Positions 18,570-28,490 of a DNA stretch of 64,000 nucleotides are shown here, in pieces; the first letter of the stretch is position 1, and every line of letters starts with the position of its first letter. The position numbers and the translations under genes were made by a program. The stretch lies in assembly GCA_963725905.1 (NCBI GenBank), contig CAVSAG010000001.1, forward strand, positions 380,748-444,747. The letters run 5' to 3'. The DNA comes from an uncultured Pseudomonadota bacterium (GTDB lineage Bacteria; Myxococcota_A; Polyangia; Fen-1088). The notes under the pieces were generated by a model that had not been told where the DNA came from, ran no database searches, and saw only the letters and a list, made by a program, of their open reading frames with translations.

Positions 18570-19592
18570 CTACCAGAGATCCAAGTCGCGGAAGCCGTGG
18601 CCGGGCGGCGGTGGCGGCGGCGGAGTCGGCTTCGAGCCGGAGGTCCCGCCGGTGCCCGACGACGACCCGCTGGTCCCGCCGGTGCTGGAGGTCCCGCCCG
18701 TCGAGCCGGTGCCGTTCTGGCGCCAGACGGTGACCGGGTTGTTCCAGCCGGCGCAAGCCTTGAAGCCATCGGGCGCGTAAGGGTTGTCGGCCTGCGCGCA
18801 GCTGGTGCTGCACTGGGCGTACTGGCCCCCGAGCGGATCGGTGTAAGGCGGGTCCGTCTGGACCGACCCGAGGCGGCCGGCCGGCGGGTTGACCTTTACC
18901 TGCGGACCGGCGCAGTAGTACATTGCCAGGGTGTTCTGCCCGACGCCGTGCGCGTTCGGCGTGAAGATGTTGCCGAAGAAGCTGGCTTCCTCGTTCGGAT
19001 AGGTCGGATCGAGGCCCCACCCGACGGCGCTGTTCGGCGACACCATCCAGAGCGGGATGTGGACGCCGGCCGTGTTCACGTGGGCCAGCATGCAGGCCGA
19101 CACGTTCTCCTGGCAGGTCGTGCCGCAGGCGCCGTTCTGCCATTCGGGTGCCATGCCGAGCAGACCGCTGAACGTGTAGCTGACGCCGTTCTGATCTTGC
19201 TTGACGATGGAGGCGCCCGCCGGCAGCGCGCAACGAACCAGATACGCGATCTGCGTTCTCCCGAGCGTCGTCGTCATGAGGCCGGTCGTGGAGCTGAGGC
19301 CGTTGGCGGTGCCGAGGCCGTTGGCGGTGCCGAGGCCGTTGGCGGTGCCGAGGCCGTTGGCGGTGCCGAGGCCGTTGGCGGTGCCGAGACCGTTGGCGGT
19401 GCCGAGGCCGTTGGCGGTGCCGAGACCGTTGACGGTCGTCAGGCCGTTGATCGTCGCCAGGTCGGCGGTGACCGCAGTTGTCCCTACATCATCCTCGCCC
19501 ATCTCGCCGCACCCGATCAGGGAGACGGCCAGCGATGTGCCGACGCACAGGGAGAGCCACTTTGAGTCCCATCGTCCGGTTGCAGCAGTCAT
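18570..19592 (-). CDS. Hypothetical Cys-rich lipoprotein with NGLGTA hexapeptide repeats
   Basis: LIGC lipobox; YLVRCALP..GLLGMAPEW..CQENVSACMLAHVN domain. Confidence 0.8.
   Translation of the reverse strand: MTAATGRWDSKWLSLCVGTSLAVSLIGCGEMGEDDVGTTAVTADLATINGLTTVNGLGTANGLGTANGLGTANGLGTANGLGTANGLGTANGLGTANGLSSTTGLMTTTLGRTQIAYLVRCALPAGASIVKQDQNGVSYTFSGLLGMAPEWQNGACGTTCQENVSACMLAHVNTAGVHIPLWMVSPNSAVGWGLDPTYPNEEASFFGNIFTPNAHGVGQNTLAMYYCAGPQVKVNPPAGRLGSVQTDPPYTDPLGGQYAQCSTSCAQADNPYAPDGFKACAGWNNPVTVWRQNGTGSTGGTSSTGGTSGSSSGTGGTSGSKPTPPPPPPPGHGFRDLDLW
19305..19430 (-). repeat. 18-bp tandem repeat x7 (NGLGTA)
   Basis: GGCGGTGCCGAGRCCGTT units on the plus strand with degenerate flanking units. Confidence 0.95.
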
Positions 19593-19865
19593 GCACTTAG
19601 ATATGACTGCAATAGGTATGCTAGTTCACAAAATTATCTGGCCGTAAGGATATCCGTTATTTGGCCGACCGGCCCCAGGGCGGGGCGGCGCCCTTGTTGA
19701 CGGCGAGGCGTCAGAACCGTTGTCCGCGCCACAACAAGTTGCCGGGCGGACGGGCAGTTACGCGCCCGCCGCAGGGGGGCTGCGAAAACGCGCGACCAGA
19801 CGACAGGCTCCCGGCTCTAAATGGGGGAAAGAGGTCCGCGACTTCACTTCTCCCGCGCTGGGGGC

Positions 19866-19943
19866 TGCGGTATAAAACGCGCTTACCGCCCGCTCGGCGC
19901 GCGACCCGTTCGCGGCCACCCCCAGCCACAAAGGAGCAGGTCC
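19866..19943 (+). promoter_or_regulatory. Conserved promoter/5' leader, copy 2
   Basis: TGCGGTATAAA..CGCGGCCACCCCCAG..ACAAAGGAGC shared with 2129-2206. Confidence 0.7.
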
Positions 19944-22343
19944 ATGACTCGGCACGCATATCTTCGACTTCGCTTTGCCTCCCCTTCGAACCTGGTCGTG
20001 CTCGCCGTCGCCGGCGTGCTCTCCTGCGCGGCGCCCGCAACGGTCGGCGGGGGCTCGGGCGGCAGCAACGGCAGCGGCGGTAGCAACGGCAGCGGCGGCT
20101 CCAACGGCAGCGGCGGTAGCAACGGCAGCGGCGGCAGCAACGGCAGCGGCGGCTCCAACGGCAGCGGCGGCTCCAGCAGCAGTGGCGGCTCCAACGGTTC
20201 GGGCGGCAGTGTCTCGTCGGGCGGCTCCACCGGGACCGGCGGCGCGAAGGGCGGCAGCACGGGCTCGGGTGGCAACACGTCGAGCGGTGGCAGCACCGGC
20301 ACCGGCGGCAGCACGGCGAGCGGCGGCAGCACCGGCACGGGCGGCAGCACGGCGAGCGGCGGCAGCACCGGCACGGGCGGCAGCACGGCGACCGGCGGCT
20401 CGACCGGCGCCGGGGGGACCCGCCCCTCGGGCTGCCCCGCAAACGCCGACACCATCTCGGATTTCGAAGAGGGAACGACCGGCATCGTCACGCCGCAGGG
20501 CGGACGCACCGGCTGGTGGTACGTGTTCTCGGACGCGACCAACAACGGCGGCATGTCTCCGGCGGCGAACTCGACCGGCCCGATCACCACCACGATGCTC
20601 GCGTCGGGCGATCCCAACTCCGCCACCTGCGACAAGTGGGACCTGGAGGCCAAGACGACCGCCTCCCACACCACCTGGGGCGCCGGGTTCGGCACGTCGC
20701 TCAACCAGGTGATGCCGCCGCCGACCAGCACGACGGCCAAGACCAAGAACCCCTACGACGTGAGCGCGTACAACGGGATCAGCTTCAACATCAAGTCGGG
20801 CTCGGGCACCGCGCCGCCCATCTGGTTCGAGATCGCGACGCTCAACAACCAGCCGCAGCCGGACGGATCGATCCACACCTCGGACGGCACCGCCAGCGGC
20901 ACCGCGAGCGCGCCCAGCAGCAACGGAACCGACGAGTACAACACCCGCGGAATGCTGATCAAGAACATCGGCACCAGCTGGACGAAGGTCTACGTGCCGT
21001 TCGGGACCCTCGGGCCCCGTTACCTGCCGGCTCCAAGCACGTGCGCGAACACCGCCGTCAAGTGCGAGGCACCTCCCTTCAAGGCGACCGACGTCCTGGG
21101 CCTGCAGTTTGCCGGCTACACCCAGTTCGGGACGAACGCCGGGACCTTCGACGTGATCGTCGACGACGTGGCCCTCTACAAGGGGACCAATGGTCTGGCG
21201 TCGTTCACCGCAGGGATGCTCCCCAAGGACGGCGCGTCGCTCGGTTCCTGCAAGAAGCCGACGGGGGCCACCATGGACCAACTGACGAACATGTACGCCA
21301 ACTGGAAGGCGACCTTCGTGACCGGCTCGGGCAGCTCGACCCGCGTGCAGCGTCCCGAGAACGCCAACGACACGGTCTCCGAGGGCATCGCCTACGGGAT
21401 GCTGATCGCCGTCAACATGAACGACAAGACGCTGTTCGACGCCCTCTGGTCGTACGAGCAGGGTCACAAGGCGACCGGCAACCTCATGACCTGGTGTATC
21501 GACGGCGGCAGCGGCGGCATGGGCAGCCAGTGCTCGGCGTCGGGCGGCTCCGCGACCGACGCGGACGAGGACATGGCGTTCGCCATGCTGGTGGCGGCCA
21601 AGCAGTGGGGCGGCACCTACCAGTCGACCGCGACGGGACTCATCACCGACATCTGGAACAACGACATCGACAAGTCGTCGATGCTGCCGACGGGCGGGAG
21701 CAACTTCGGCAACAGCACCTCCAGCCAGCCGACCAACCCGTCGTACTTCGCGCCGGCCTACTACCGGGCGTTCGCCACCGTGGACTCGGGCCACGCCTGG
21801 GGAACGGTGGCGTCGAACTGCTACACGGCGATCTCGAAGGTGGCGAACGGCTCGACCGGTCTCGTCCCGGCCTGGTGCAGCAGCAACTGCGGCTCGGCCG
21901 GCGGCGGTAGCTACACGGACAACGGCGCCTATCAGTACGACGCGCACCGTGTGCCGTGGCGGCTCGGCATCGACGCCTGCTGGAATGGGACCACCTCGGG
22001 GAACACGGTCCTTTCAAACAACGCCAAGTTCTTCCAGGGGATCGCCACGCCCTCGAGCGGCGGCGGCGGCGTCGGGCGCATCGAGGACATCTACCTGCTG
22101 AGCGGAACGGTAAACGGCGACGCCGGACCGAACTCCATGTCGGCGGTCGGGACCGCGGGCGTCGGCGCCATGGCCGTCGGCAATTCTTTCGCGAGCACGG
22201 CCTACCAGTTCATTCTCGACGGGTCGTACTCGCCCGCCTCGACCATTCCCGACACGAGCGGCAGGGTCTCCTACTCGTACTTCAACGCGACGGTCGGCCT
22301 CATGAGCGCGCTCACGATGAGCGGCAACTTCAACCACCCGTAG
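19944..22343 (+). CDS. Lipoprotein: Gly/Ser/Thr linker, CBM11-like domain, GH8 glycoside hydrolase
   Basis: VLSC lipobox; YDVSAYNGISF..FDVIVDDVALY; GH8 motifs TVSEGIAYGML, SATDADEDMA, NPSYFAPAYYR, YDAHRVPWR. Confidence 0.9.
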   Translation: MTRHAYLRLRFASPSNLVVLAVAGVLSCAAPATVGGGSGGSNGSGGSNGSGGSNGSGGSNGSGGSNGSGGSNGSGGSSSSGGSNGSGGSVSSGGSTGTGGAKGGSTGSGGNTSSGGSTGTGGSTASGGSTGTGGSTASGGSTGTGGSTATGGSTGAGGTRPSGCPANADTISDFEEGTTGIVTPQGGRTGWWYVFSDATNNGGMSPAANSTGPITTTMLASGDPNSATCDKWDLEAKTTASHTTWGAGFGTSLNQVMPPPTSTTAKTKNPYDVSAYNGISFNIKSGSGTAPPIWFEIATLNNQPQPDGSIHTSDGTASGTASAPSSNGTDEYNTRGMLIKNIGTSWTKVYVPFGTLGPRYLPAPSTCANTAVKCEAPPFKATDVLGLQFAGYTQFGTNAGTFDVIVDDVALYKGTNGLASFTAGMLPKDGASLGSCKKPTGATMDQLTNMYANWKATFVTGSGSSTRVQRPENANDTVSEGIAYGMLIAVNMNDKTLFDALWSYEQGHKATGNLMTWCIDGGSGGMGSQCSASGGSATDADEDMAFAMLVAAKQWGGTYQSTATGLITDIWNNDIDKSSMLPTGGSNFGNSTSSQPTNPSYFAPAYYRAFATVDSGHAWGTVASNCYTAISKVANGSTGLVPAWCSSNCGSAGGGSYTDNGAYQYDAHRVPWRLGIDACWNGTTSGNTVLSNNAKFFQGIATPSSGGGGVGRIEDIYLLSGTVNGDAGPNSMSAVGTAGVGAMAVGNSFASTAYQFILDGSYSPASTIPDTSGRVSYSYFNATVGLMSALTMSGNFNHP

Positions 22344-22416
22344 CTCGGGCTGCCTGTCGGACGGGCGTATACTGGTCGAGCGCACCGGACCTCACCCAAC
22401 GAGGTCGGAGGGCTCG

Positions 22417-23787
22417 ATGACCAGGCACGCGGCTTTCGGTCGGCTGGCGCGGGTGGCTTGCCTGGCGGCGCTGGCGGCCGCCTGCTCGGGGGGCTCTTCG
22501 ACGGGGACTGGCGGCGCTCCGGGGAGCGGCGGCGCTCCGGGGACCGGCGGGGTTCCGGGGACCGGCGGTAACAGCGCTACGGGCGGCTCCGCCGGAGGGA
22601 GCGGGACGGGCGGCAGCGCCGGGGTTGGCGGGAAGGCGACGGGTGGCGCTGGCGGCGCGAAGGCGACCGGTGGGAGCGGCGGTGGCTCGGCGGGGGCTGG
22701 CGGTCAGGCGGGAGCAGGGAGCGGCGGGCAGGCCGGCGGCAGCGGCGGGCAGGCGGGCAAGGGGACCGGCGGCGGCAGCGGCGGGCAGGCGGGCAAGGGG
22801 ACCGGCGGCGGCGGACGGGCCGGCGCCGGAGGGGGCGCGGCCGGGGGCGCCGCGGGTGGCAGCGCGACGGCGGGGTCGTGCGTGTTCCCGGCCAGCTCGA
22901 CGATCTGTCAGGACATCTCGGGCGCGGCCGTCGACGGCGAGTCGACGGCGATCATGAGCGCGCTCGACGCGTCGGGGTGGGGGAGCGGCCTCGGGATCGA
23001 CGTCTCGTTCACCATCCTCACCGCCGACGCGAGCGTCGCACGGCGCGCGTTCACCTCCAGCGGCGACGAGCCGGACTGCGACACGGCGCCGATCCCCGTG
23101 CCGCCGGGTGGAAACATCGAGGGGAACCCGGACTACCACTGCGCCGACGGCGGCGACTGCCACCTCCTGGTCTATCAAGGGACGCGCCTCTACGAGCTCT
23201 ATCAGGCCGACATCTCCGGCGGTGCGGCGACGGGCGGGACCTTCAAGGGGAGCTGCGAGGTGGTCTGGGATCTGACCCACGACTACTGGCAGCCGATGAC
23301 GCCGCCGACCTTCAGCCGCGGCGACCACTGCAACGGCGCCGACGCCGCCGACCTGCCGATGGCGGCGCTGATCTTGACCAGCGCCGACGTCACCTCCGGC
23401 CAGATCAACCACGCGCTCCGCTTCACGATGCCCAACCCGCTCATTCAGGAGAGTGTCTACGTCCACCCCGCCACGCACATCGGCGGACCCTCGGGCGTCG
23501 GCCCGACGTTCCTGCCGTACGGCGCGCGCCTGCGCCTGCGCGGCGACTACGATCTGAGCCAGCTGCCGAGCAACGCGGCCCGCACCGTCGCGCGCGCTCT
23601 CCAGAAGTACGGCATGTTCATGGCCGACGGAGGCAGCCTGTTCCTGAGCGCCACCGTCGACGTTCAGGACGTGATCGCGACGTCGTCGCTGCGCGGCCTC
23701 AAGGCGACCGACTTCCAGATGGTCGACGGCGGCCCGCGCTACACCTGGAGCGACTACCAGTGCCAGCGCACCCCCGTCACCAACTGA
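22417..23787 (+). CDS. Gly-rich-linker lipoprotein with uncharacterised conserved domain
   Basis: AAAC lipobox; GDCHLLV..LYELY..ADAADLP..INHALRF..PYGARLRL..ALQKYGMFMADGG. Confidence 0.8.
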   Translation: MTRHAAFGRLARVACLAALAAACSGGSSTGTGGAPGSGGAPGTGGVPGTGGNSATGGSAGGSGTGGSAGVGGKATGGAGGAKATGGSGGGSAGAGGQAGAGSGGQAGGSGGQAGKGTGGGSGGQAGKGTGGGGRAGAGGGAAGGAAGGSATAGSCVFPASSTICQDISGAAVDGESTAIMSALDASGWGSGLGIDVSFTILTADASVARRAFTSSGDEPDCDTAPIPVPPGGNIEGNPDYHCADGGDCHLLVYQGTRLYELYQADISGGAATGGTFKGSCEVVWDLTHDYWQPMTPPTFSRGDHCNGADAADLPMAALILTSADVTSGQINHALRFTMPNPLIQESVYVHPATHIGGPSGVGPTFLPYGARLRLRGDYDLSQLPSNAARTVARALQKYGMFMADGGSLFLSATVDVQDVIATSSLRGLKATDFQMVDGGPRYTWSDYQCQRTPVTN

Positions 23788-23803
23788 CGGGCGTACTTGT
23801 TGG

Positions 23804-25249
23804 TCAGTAGGGCATGCCGGGGACCGGCATGCCGGTCAGCTTGAAGACGCCCTTGCTGGGGTTGCTCCCCCCGAAGGTCCCCTGCGCCGTGATGTAAAGG
23901 GTCGTGTGGGTGGTCCCACCAAACGCGAGGTTGGTCAGCTGTCCACCGCCAGGGACACCCGTGATCGTCGTGATGTGGGTGCCCGCCGCGGTCGGGCTGG
24001 GATGGGCGCTACCGAAGCCCACCACGTCGATGTCCTTGGTGTTCACGCGCACGACATAGAGATCTCCTGCACAGTCGATCGCCATTCCATCCGTGTTGTT
24101 GTTGTTCAAGTTGGCGCCATCGATAGCCGTTGCGGTGGTGGCGATCGTTCCGTCCATGTTGACCGCGTAGGCGTTCACGCCGCTTCCTGATCCGACGTAG
24201 AGCGTCTTCTCGTCGAGCGATAGCGTGATGCCGTTCGGGCCGTTCACCGAGCTGAGAATTTCCGTCGCGGTCGGCGGCGATTTCGGCGGGACCATGTAGA
24301 CGCCTGTGTTGGGTTGGGTCGGGCTCGACGTCTGGAAGGTGGGGTCAGTGAAGTAGATCGTGCCGTCGCTGCGGATGGTCAGGTCGTTGGGCGAGTTGAA
24401 CCGCTTGGCGGGAGTGCCGAACGAATCGATGAGCGTCGTCTTCACCCCGCCAGGCACCGTGAAACTGACGATGCCGCCGACGCCGTGATTCGCCGTGACG
24501 AGATTGCCGCTCGAATCGACCGCCATACCATTCGACCCCGAATCGCCGCCGCCGCCCGACGAGGGATAGAACTGGGTGACGGTGTCGCTCGAATCGATCT
24601 TCAGGATGCGTGACGGGGGCGGGTTGGGCGAGCCAAGCATCTCGGAGAAGTAGAGCGCGTTCCCGATCCAGACGGGACCCTCGACGTTGGTGAAGCCGTT
24701 GCCCTGATTGCCATCGAAGTTGTCCATGGGGGGCGCTCCGGCGATCCGGGTCGCCGCGCTACCGGCGGGGATCGCGCTGGCGGCCGGACTGCTCATGCCT
24801 GACGGGCAGGCGTACGGTGTGAACCCGCTCGTGCCGGCCGTGCCACCGCCGGTTCCGCTGCCGCCCGCGCCGCCGCCGGCGGTACCCCCGGCTCCCGAGC
24901 CCGCAACGCCGCCCGAACCGTTGCCGCCGGTGGCCGAGCCGCCCGATCCGTTGCCGCCGGTGGCCGATCCGCCCGAGCCCGTCACGCCGCCTGTGCTGAC
25001 GTTGCCCCCGGCGCCGTTGCCGCCGCTGGCGCTGCCGCCCGAGCCGTTGCCGCCTGAACCGTTGCCGCCGGTGGCCGATCCGCCCGAGCCGTTGCCGCCC
25101 GAGCCCGTGGAGCCGCCGCTGCTGCTGCCGCCGGTCCCCTGGCCGCTACCGCCCGAGCCGCCGCTGCCGCCCCCCGCACAGGCCAGGAGAGCACAGGGAA
25201 CGAGGGCGGCGAATAGACGAATCCCGGGGGAAGTAAGGGCCTTAATCAT
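23804..25249 (-). CDS. SMP-30/gluconolactonase-family lipoprotein with Gly-rich linker
   Basis: LLAC lipobox; EGPVW, SNGMAVD, FNSPNDL..GTIYFTDP, PNGITLS, DGMAIDCAG, TNLAFGG. Confidence 0.9.
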   Translation of the reverse strand: MIKALTSPGIRLFAALVPCALLACAGGGSGGSGGSGQGTGGSSSGGSTGSGGNGSGGSATGGNGSGGNGSGGSASGGNGAGGNVSTGGVTGSGGSATGGNGSGGSATGGNGSGGVAGSGAGGTAGGGAGGSGTGGGTAGTSGFTPYACPSGMSSPAASAIPAGSAATRIAGAPPMDNFDGNQGNGFTNVEGPVWIGNALYFSEMLGSPNPPPSRILKIDSSDTVTQFYPSSGGGGDSGSNGMAVDSSGNLVTANHGVGGIVSFTVPGGVKTTLIDSFGTPAKRFNSPNDLTIRSDGTIYFTDPTFQTSSPTQPNTGVYMVPPKSPPTATEILSSVNGPNGITLSLDEKTLYVGSGSGVNAYAVNMDGTIATTATAIDGANLNNNNTDGMAIDCAGDLYVVRVNTKDIDVVGFGSAHPSPTAAGTHITTITGVPGGGQLTNLAFGGTTHTTLYITAQGTFGGSNPSKGVFKLTGMPVPGMPY

Positions 25250-25336
25250 CCGGCAAATCTATCATGGGCGCGCCGGCGCCGGATCGACGCGAGGGCCTCT
25301 CCGGCGCCGAAATTTCGTGTTATGAGACAGGGCCTC

Positions 25337-25411
25337 GGTGCCGTGGCCAAGTGGTAAGGCAAGGGTCTGCAAAACCCTCATTCCCCGGTTCAAATCCGGG
25401 CGGCACCTCCA
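25337..25411 (+). tRNA. tRNA-Cys (GCA)
   Basis: Acceptor GGTGCCG/CGGCACC, anticodon loop CTGCAAA, TTCAAAT, encoded CCA. Confidence 0.97.
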
Positions 25412-25414
25412 CCT

Positions 25415-26590
25415 TTAAAACGAAAGTTTCCCGAGGACGCGGGGGCCGGCTGCGCCGGTGACGGCGGGGAGGTTGCCGGCCGCGCCGAAGAGGGTCTGGT
25501 TGGCGAGGACGGCGAAGGCGATCGCCTCCTTGGCCTCGGGGTCGACGCCCAGGGCCGAGAGGCTCTGCACCGGGATCGGCGCGAGCAGCTCGACCAGGTG
25601 GTGCATCAGGGTCGGGTTCAGCGCGCCGCCGCCCGAGACGTAGACCTCGTCGGGCATCGCGGGCAGCGCCTCGCGGTAGCTGCGGGCGATCGCCTCGGCG
25701 GAGAAGCGCGTCAGCGTCGCCAGGAGGTCGTCCTTGCGATCGTTGAACCGCGCCAGCAGCGGGTAGACGAACTCCTTGCCGAAGTCCTCGCGGCCGGTCG
25801 ACTTGGGGGGCGGCTGCGTTAGGTAAGGGTGGCGGTGCAGCTCGGCCAGCAGGCCGGCGTCGACCCGGCCGCGCGCGGCGCGCAGGCCGTCGCGGTCGAA
25901 GGCCTCGGCGCCGTCGGAGGCGGCGCGCGCGACGGTGTCGAGCGGCATGTTGCCGGGGCCGTTGTCGAAGGCGACCAGGTCGGACAGCTGCTCGCCGATC
26001 AGCGTGACGTTGGCGATGCCGCCGATGTTCTGCAGCGCGCGCTTGCGGCCGGCGGCGTGAAACAGCAGGTGATCGGCCAGCGGGACCAGCGGCGCACCCT
26101 CGCCGCCGGCGGCGACGTCGCGCACGCGGAAGTCGCTGATCACCGGGCAGCCCGTGCGCTCCGCGATGATGGCGGCCTCGCCGATCTGCATCGTGGCGCC
26201 GATCCGCCCGGCCGAGCGCGGGTGGTGGACGGCCGTCTGACCGTGCGAGCCGATGAGGTCGACGTCGGTGAGCGGTATGCCGGCCGCCGCGGCGACCGCC
26301 CGCGCCGCCTCGGCGAAGGCCTCGCCGAGGAGGACGTCGAGGTCGCAGAGCTCCGAGGCGCTGGCGTCGGCCAGGCGGAAGATCCGCTCGCGCAGCGGAC
26401 GCGCGAAGGGCGTGGTCACGAAGGCGCGCGCCTCGAGCCGGGTGGTGTCGTCGACCCCCTCGATGGCGCAGAGGGCAGCGTCGGTCCCGTCGGCGCTGGT
26501 GCCGGAAAGGAGCCCGATCACCAGTCGCTGGCGGCGCGCGCGCGCGGCGTCGAGGCGCGCCAGCGGCGCACGCTCATGAGCAGCGGTCAC
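25415..26590 (-). CDS. anmK: Anhydro-N-acetylmuramic acid kinase
   Basis: GLLSGTSADG, GSHGQT, DFRVRDVAAGGEGAPLVP, NIGGIAN, FDNGPGN, PKSTGRE. Confidence 0.95.
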   Translation of the reverse strand: MTAAHERAPLARLDAARARRQRLVIGLLSGTSADGTDAALCAIEGVDDTTRLEARAFVTTPFARPLRERIFRLADASASELCDLDVLLGEAFAEAARAVAAAAGIPLTDVDLIGSHGQTAVHHPRSAGRIGATMQIGEAAIIAERTGCPVISDFRVRDVAAGGEGAPLVPLADHLLFHAAGRKRALQNIGGIANVTLIGEQLSDLVAFDNGPGNMPLDTVARAASDGAEAFDRDGLRAARGRVDAGLLAELHRHPYLTQPPPKSTGREDFGKEFVYPLLARFNDRKDDLLATLTRFSAEAIARSYREALPAMPDEVYVSGGGALNPTLMHHLVELLAPIPVQSLSALGVDPEAKEAIAFAVLANQTLFGAAGNLPAVTGAAGPRVLGKLSF

Positions 26591-27618
26591 GGCGCCTCGA
26601 CGGGGACGCGGAGCGGCAGATCGCCGACGATCGCCCGCAGCGACCCCTTCTGCGCGACGATCAGCTCGCGGGCGCGCGCGGCCGAGACGCCCATGTGGTG
26701 CATGACCAGCGCGACCTTGGGGCGACCGCCCGCCTTCTCGATGAGCTTACGCGCGGTCGTCTCGTCGAGGTCGGCGAACGACCGCACGATCCGGATGGCG
26801 CGTGCCCACAGCTTGGCGTTGGTCGGGCGCACGTCGACCATCAGGCCGGCGTAGGTCTTCCCCAGCAGCACGAAGGCCGTGGTGGAGATGGCGTTGAGCG
26901 CGACCTTGGTCGCCGTCCCCGCCTTGAGCCGCGTCGAGCCGGCAATCACCTCGGGCCCTGTGTCGAGCGCGACGATGACGTCGGCCGCGACATCGCCGGT
27001 CGCAGAAACGGGGGCACAGGTGACGAAGATGGTCGCCGCCCGCCGGAAGCGCGCGTACTCGAGCGCCGCGCGCACGAACGGCGTCACGCCCGAGGCCGCC
27101 ACGCCGCAGACGACGTCGGCCGGGCCGACGGCCGCGCGGCGCATCCGCTGCTCCGCCTCGCGCACATTGTCCTCGGCCCCTTCGATGGACTTCGTCAGCG
27201 CCGCGGGGCCGCCCGCCATGATGGCGACCACGCGCGACGGGGGCACGCCGAAGGTGGGGACGCACTCGACCGCGTCGAGAGTGCCGAGCCGACCCGAAGT
27301 TCCGGCGCCGACGTAGACCAGGCGGCCGCCCGCAGCAAGCTTGTCGGCCGCCAGGCGCGCCGCCCGGCCGATCTCCTCCGACTGACTGCGCGCCGCCGCG
27401 AGCGCCTTCGCCTCCTCGGCCAGCATCAACGCGGCGATGCCCTCGGGAGCCAGCGTGTCGAGCCTGGCCGAGCGCGGGTGCACCGCTTCGGTGGCAAGCC
27501 GCGCGAAGTCCGTTTGACGCTGGGGACCCTGAGAGGGTCCCCAGGCCCCTCCGCGAAGAGCCTCGCGCGGCTGAGCCGCGCTCGCTTCACGCGCTGCTGT
27601 TCGCCGAGTGCCGGGCAC
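26587..27618 (-). CDS. murQ: N-acetylmuramic acid 6-phosphate etherase
   Basis: YVGAGTSGRLGTLDAVECVPTF, EGAED, GPEVIAGSTRLKAGTA; start GTG 27618 or ATG 27627. Confidence 0.95.
   Translation of the reverse strand: MPGTRRTAAREASAAQPREALRGGAWGPSQGPQRQTDFARLATEAVHPRSARLDTLAPEGIAALMLAEEAKALAAARSQSEEIGRAARLAADKLAAGGRLVYVGAGTSGRLGTLDAVECVPTFGVPPSRVVAIMAGGPAALTKSIEGAEDNVREAEQRMRRAAVGPADVVCGVAASGVTPFVRAALEYARFRRAATIFVTCAPVSATGDVAADVIVALDTGPEVIAGSTRLKAGTATKVALNAISTTAFVLLGKTYAGLMVDVRPTNAKLWARAIRIVRSFADLDETTARKLIEKAGGRPKVALVMHHMGVSAARARELIVAQKGSLRAIVGDLPLRVPVEAP
27520..27593. repeat. Two-hairpin palindromic (REP-like) element inside the murQ 5' region
   Basis: CTGGGGACCCT-gag-AGGGTCCCCAG then GCGCGGC-tga-GCCGCGC; same architecture as 29393-29462. 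Confidence 0.65.
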
Positions 27619-27669
27619 GGCGGTCATCTTACCGCGGGGACCGTGGCGGCGCGCGCGTCGACCAGCAGG

Positions 27670-28488
27670 TTAAGCCAGTCCCAGCACGGCGCGCATGTCG
27701 AAGAGCCCCGGGTCGCGACCGGCGACCCAGACGGCCGCGCGCACGGCGCCGACGGCGAAGGTGTCGCGCGTCGAGGCGCGGTGGGTGATCTCCAGCCGGT
27801 CCCCGTTTCCCAGAAAGAAGACGGTGTGGTCGCCAACCACGTCGCCGCCGCGGATGGTCTGCACGCCGATCTCGCTGGGCGCGCGCGGCCCGATGTCGCC
27901 GTGGCGCGCATAGCGGCCGGCGCTGGCCAGCTTGCGGCCGGTGGCGGTGGCCAGCGCCTCGGCCAGCGTGAGCGCCGTCCCCGACGGCGCGTCGTGCTTG
28001 GCCCGGTGATGCGCCTCGACGATCTCCAGGTCGTAGCCGGGGCCGAGCGCGCGGGCCGCGTCGGCGATCAGCTTGAGCATGACGTTGACGCCGACCGAGT
28101 AGTTCGCGGCGAAGACGATGGGGATCTTGAGCGCCGCGAAGTCGATCGCCGCGCGCGCGTGCGTGCCGAGGCCCGTCGTGCCGATGACCAGCGCCGCGCC
28201 GGCGGCGGTGGCGGCGAGGGTGACCGCCTCGGTGGCGCTGGCGGTCGTGAAGTCGATCCAGACGTCGGCGACGCCCTTCCCCGGCAGCGACGCGCCGATC
28301 GTGATGCCGGCGGCCTCGATGCCGGCGCGGAGACCGGCGTCGGCGTCGATCGCTGCGGCGCCCGCCCGTTCGGTGGCGGCGCTGAGCACCACCTCGGGCC
28401 CGGCCGCCTTGACCGCGCGGGTGAGCGCCCGGCCCATCCGTCCATCGGCGCCCAGCACGGCGATGCGGACAGGTTTCGGGTCGGGCAT
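27670..28488 (-). CDS. dapB: 4-hydroxy-tetrahydrodipicolinate reductase
   Basis: GADGRMG, IDFT, IGTTG, EAHHRAKHDAPSGTA, RGGDVVGDH. Confidence 0.97.
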   Translation of the reverse strand: MPDPKPVRIAVLGADGRMGRALTRAVKAAGPEVVLSAATERAGAAAIDADAGLRAGIEAAGITIGASLPGKGVADVWIDFTTASATEAVTLAATAAGAALVIGTTGLGTHARAAIDFAALKIPIVFAANYSVGVNVMLKLIADAARALGPGYDLEIVEAHHRAKHDAPSGTALTLAEALATATGRKLASAGRYARHGDIGPRAPSEIGVQTIRGGDVVGDHTVFFLGNGDRLEITHRASTRDTFAVGAVRAAVWVAGRDPGLFDMRAVLGLA

Positions 28489-28490
28489 GA

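Noticed and set aside
19296-19448. 18-bp repeat array as a CRISPR
   Set aside because: No spacers, repeats are in-frame within a CDS, and there are no cas genes in the window
19608-19623. Sigma54 promoter for the NGLGTA gene (TAGCAT-N5-TTGCA, minus strand)
   Set aside because: The near-invariant GG at -25/-24 is AG; too weak to call
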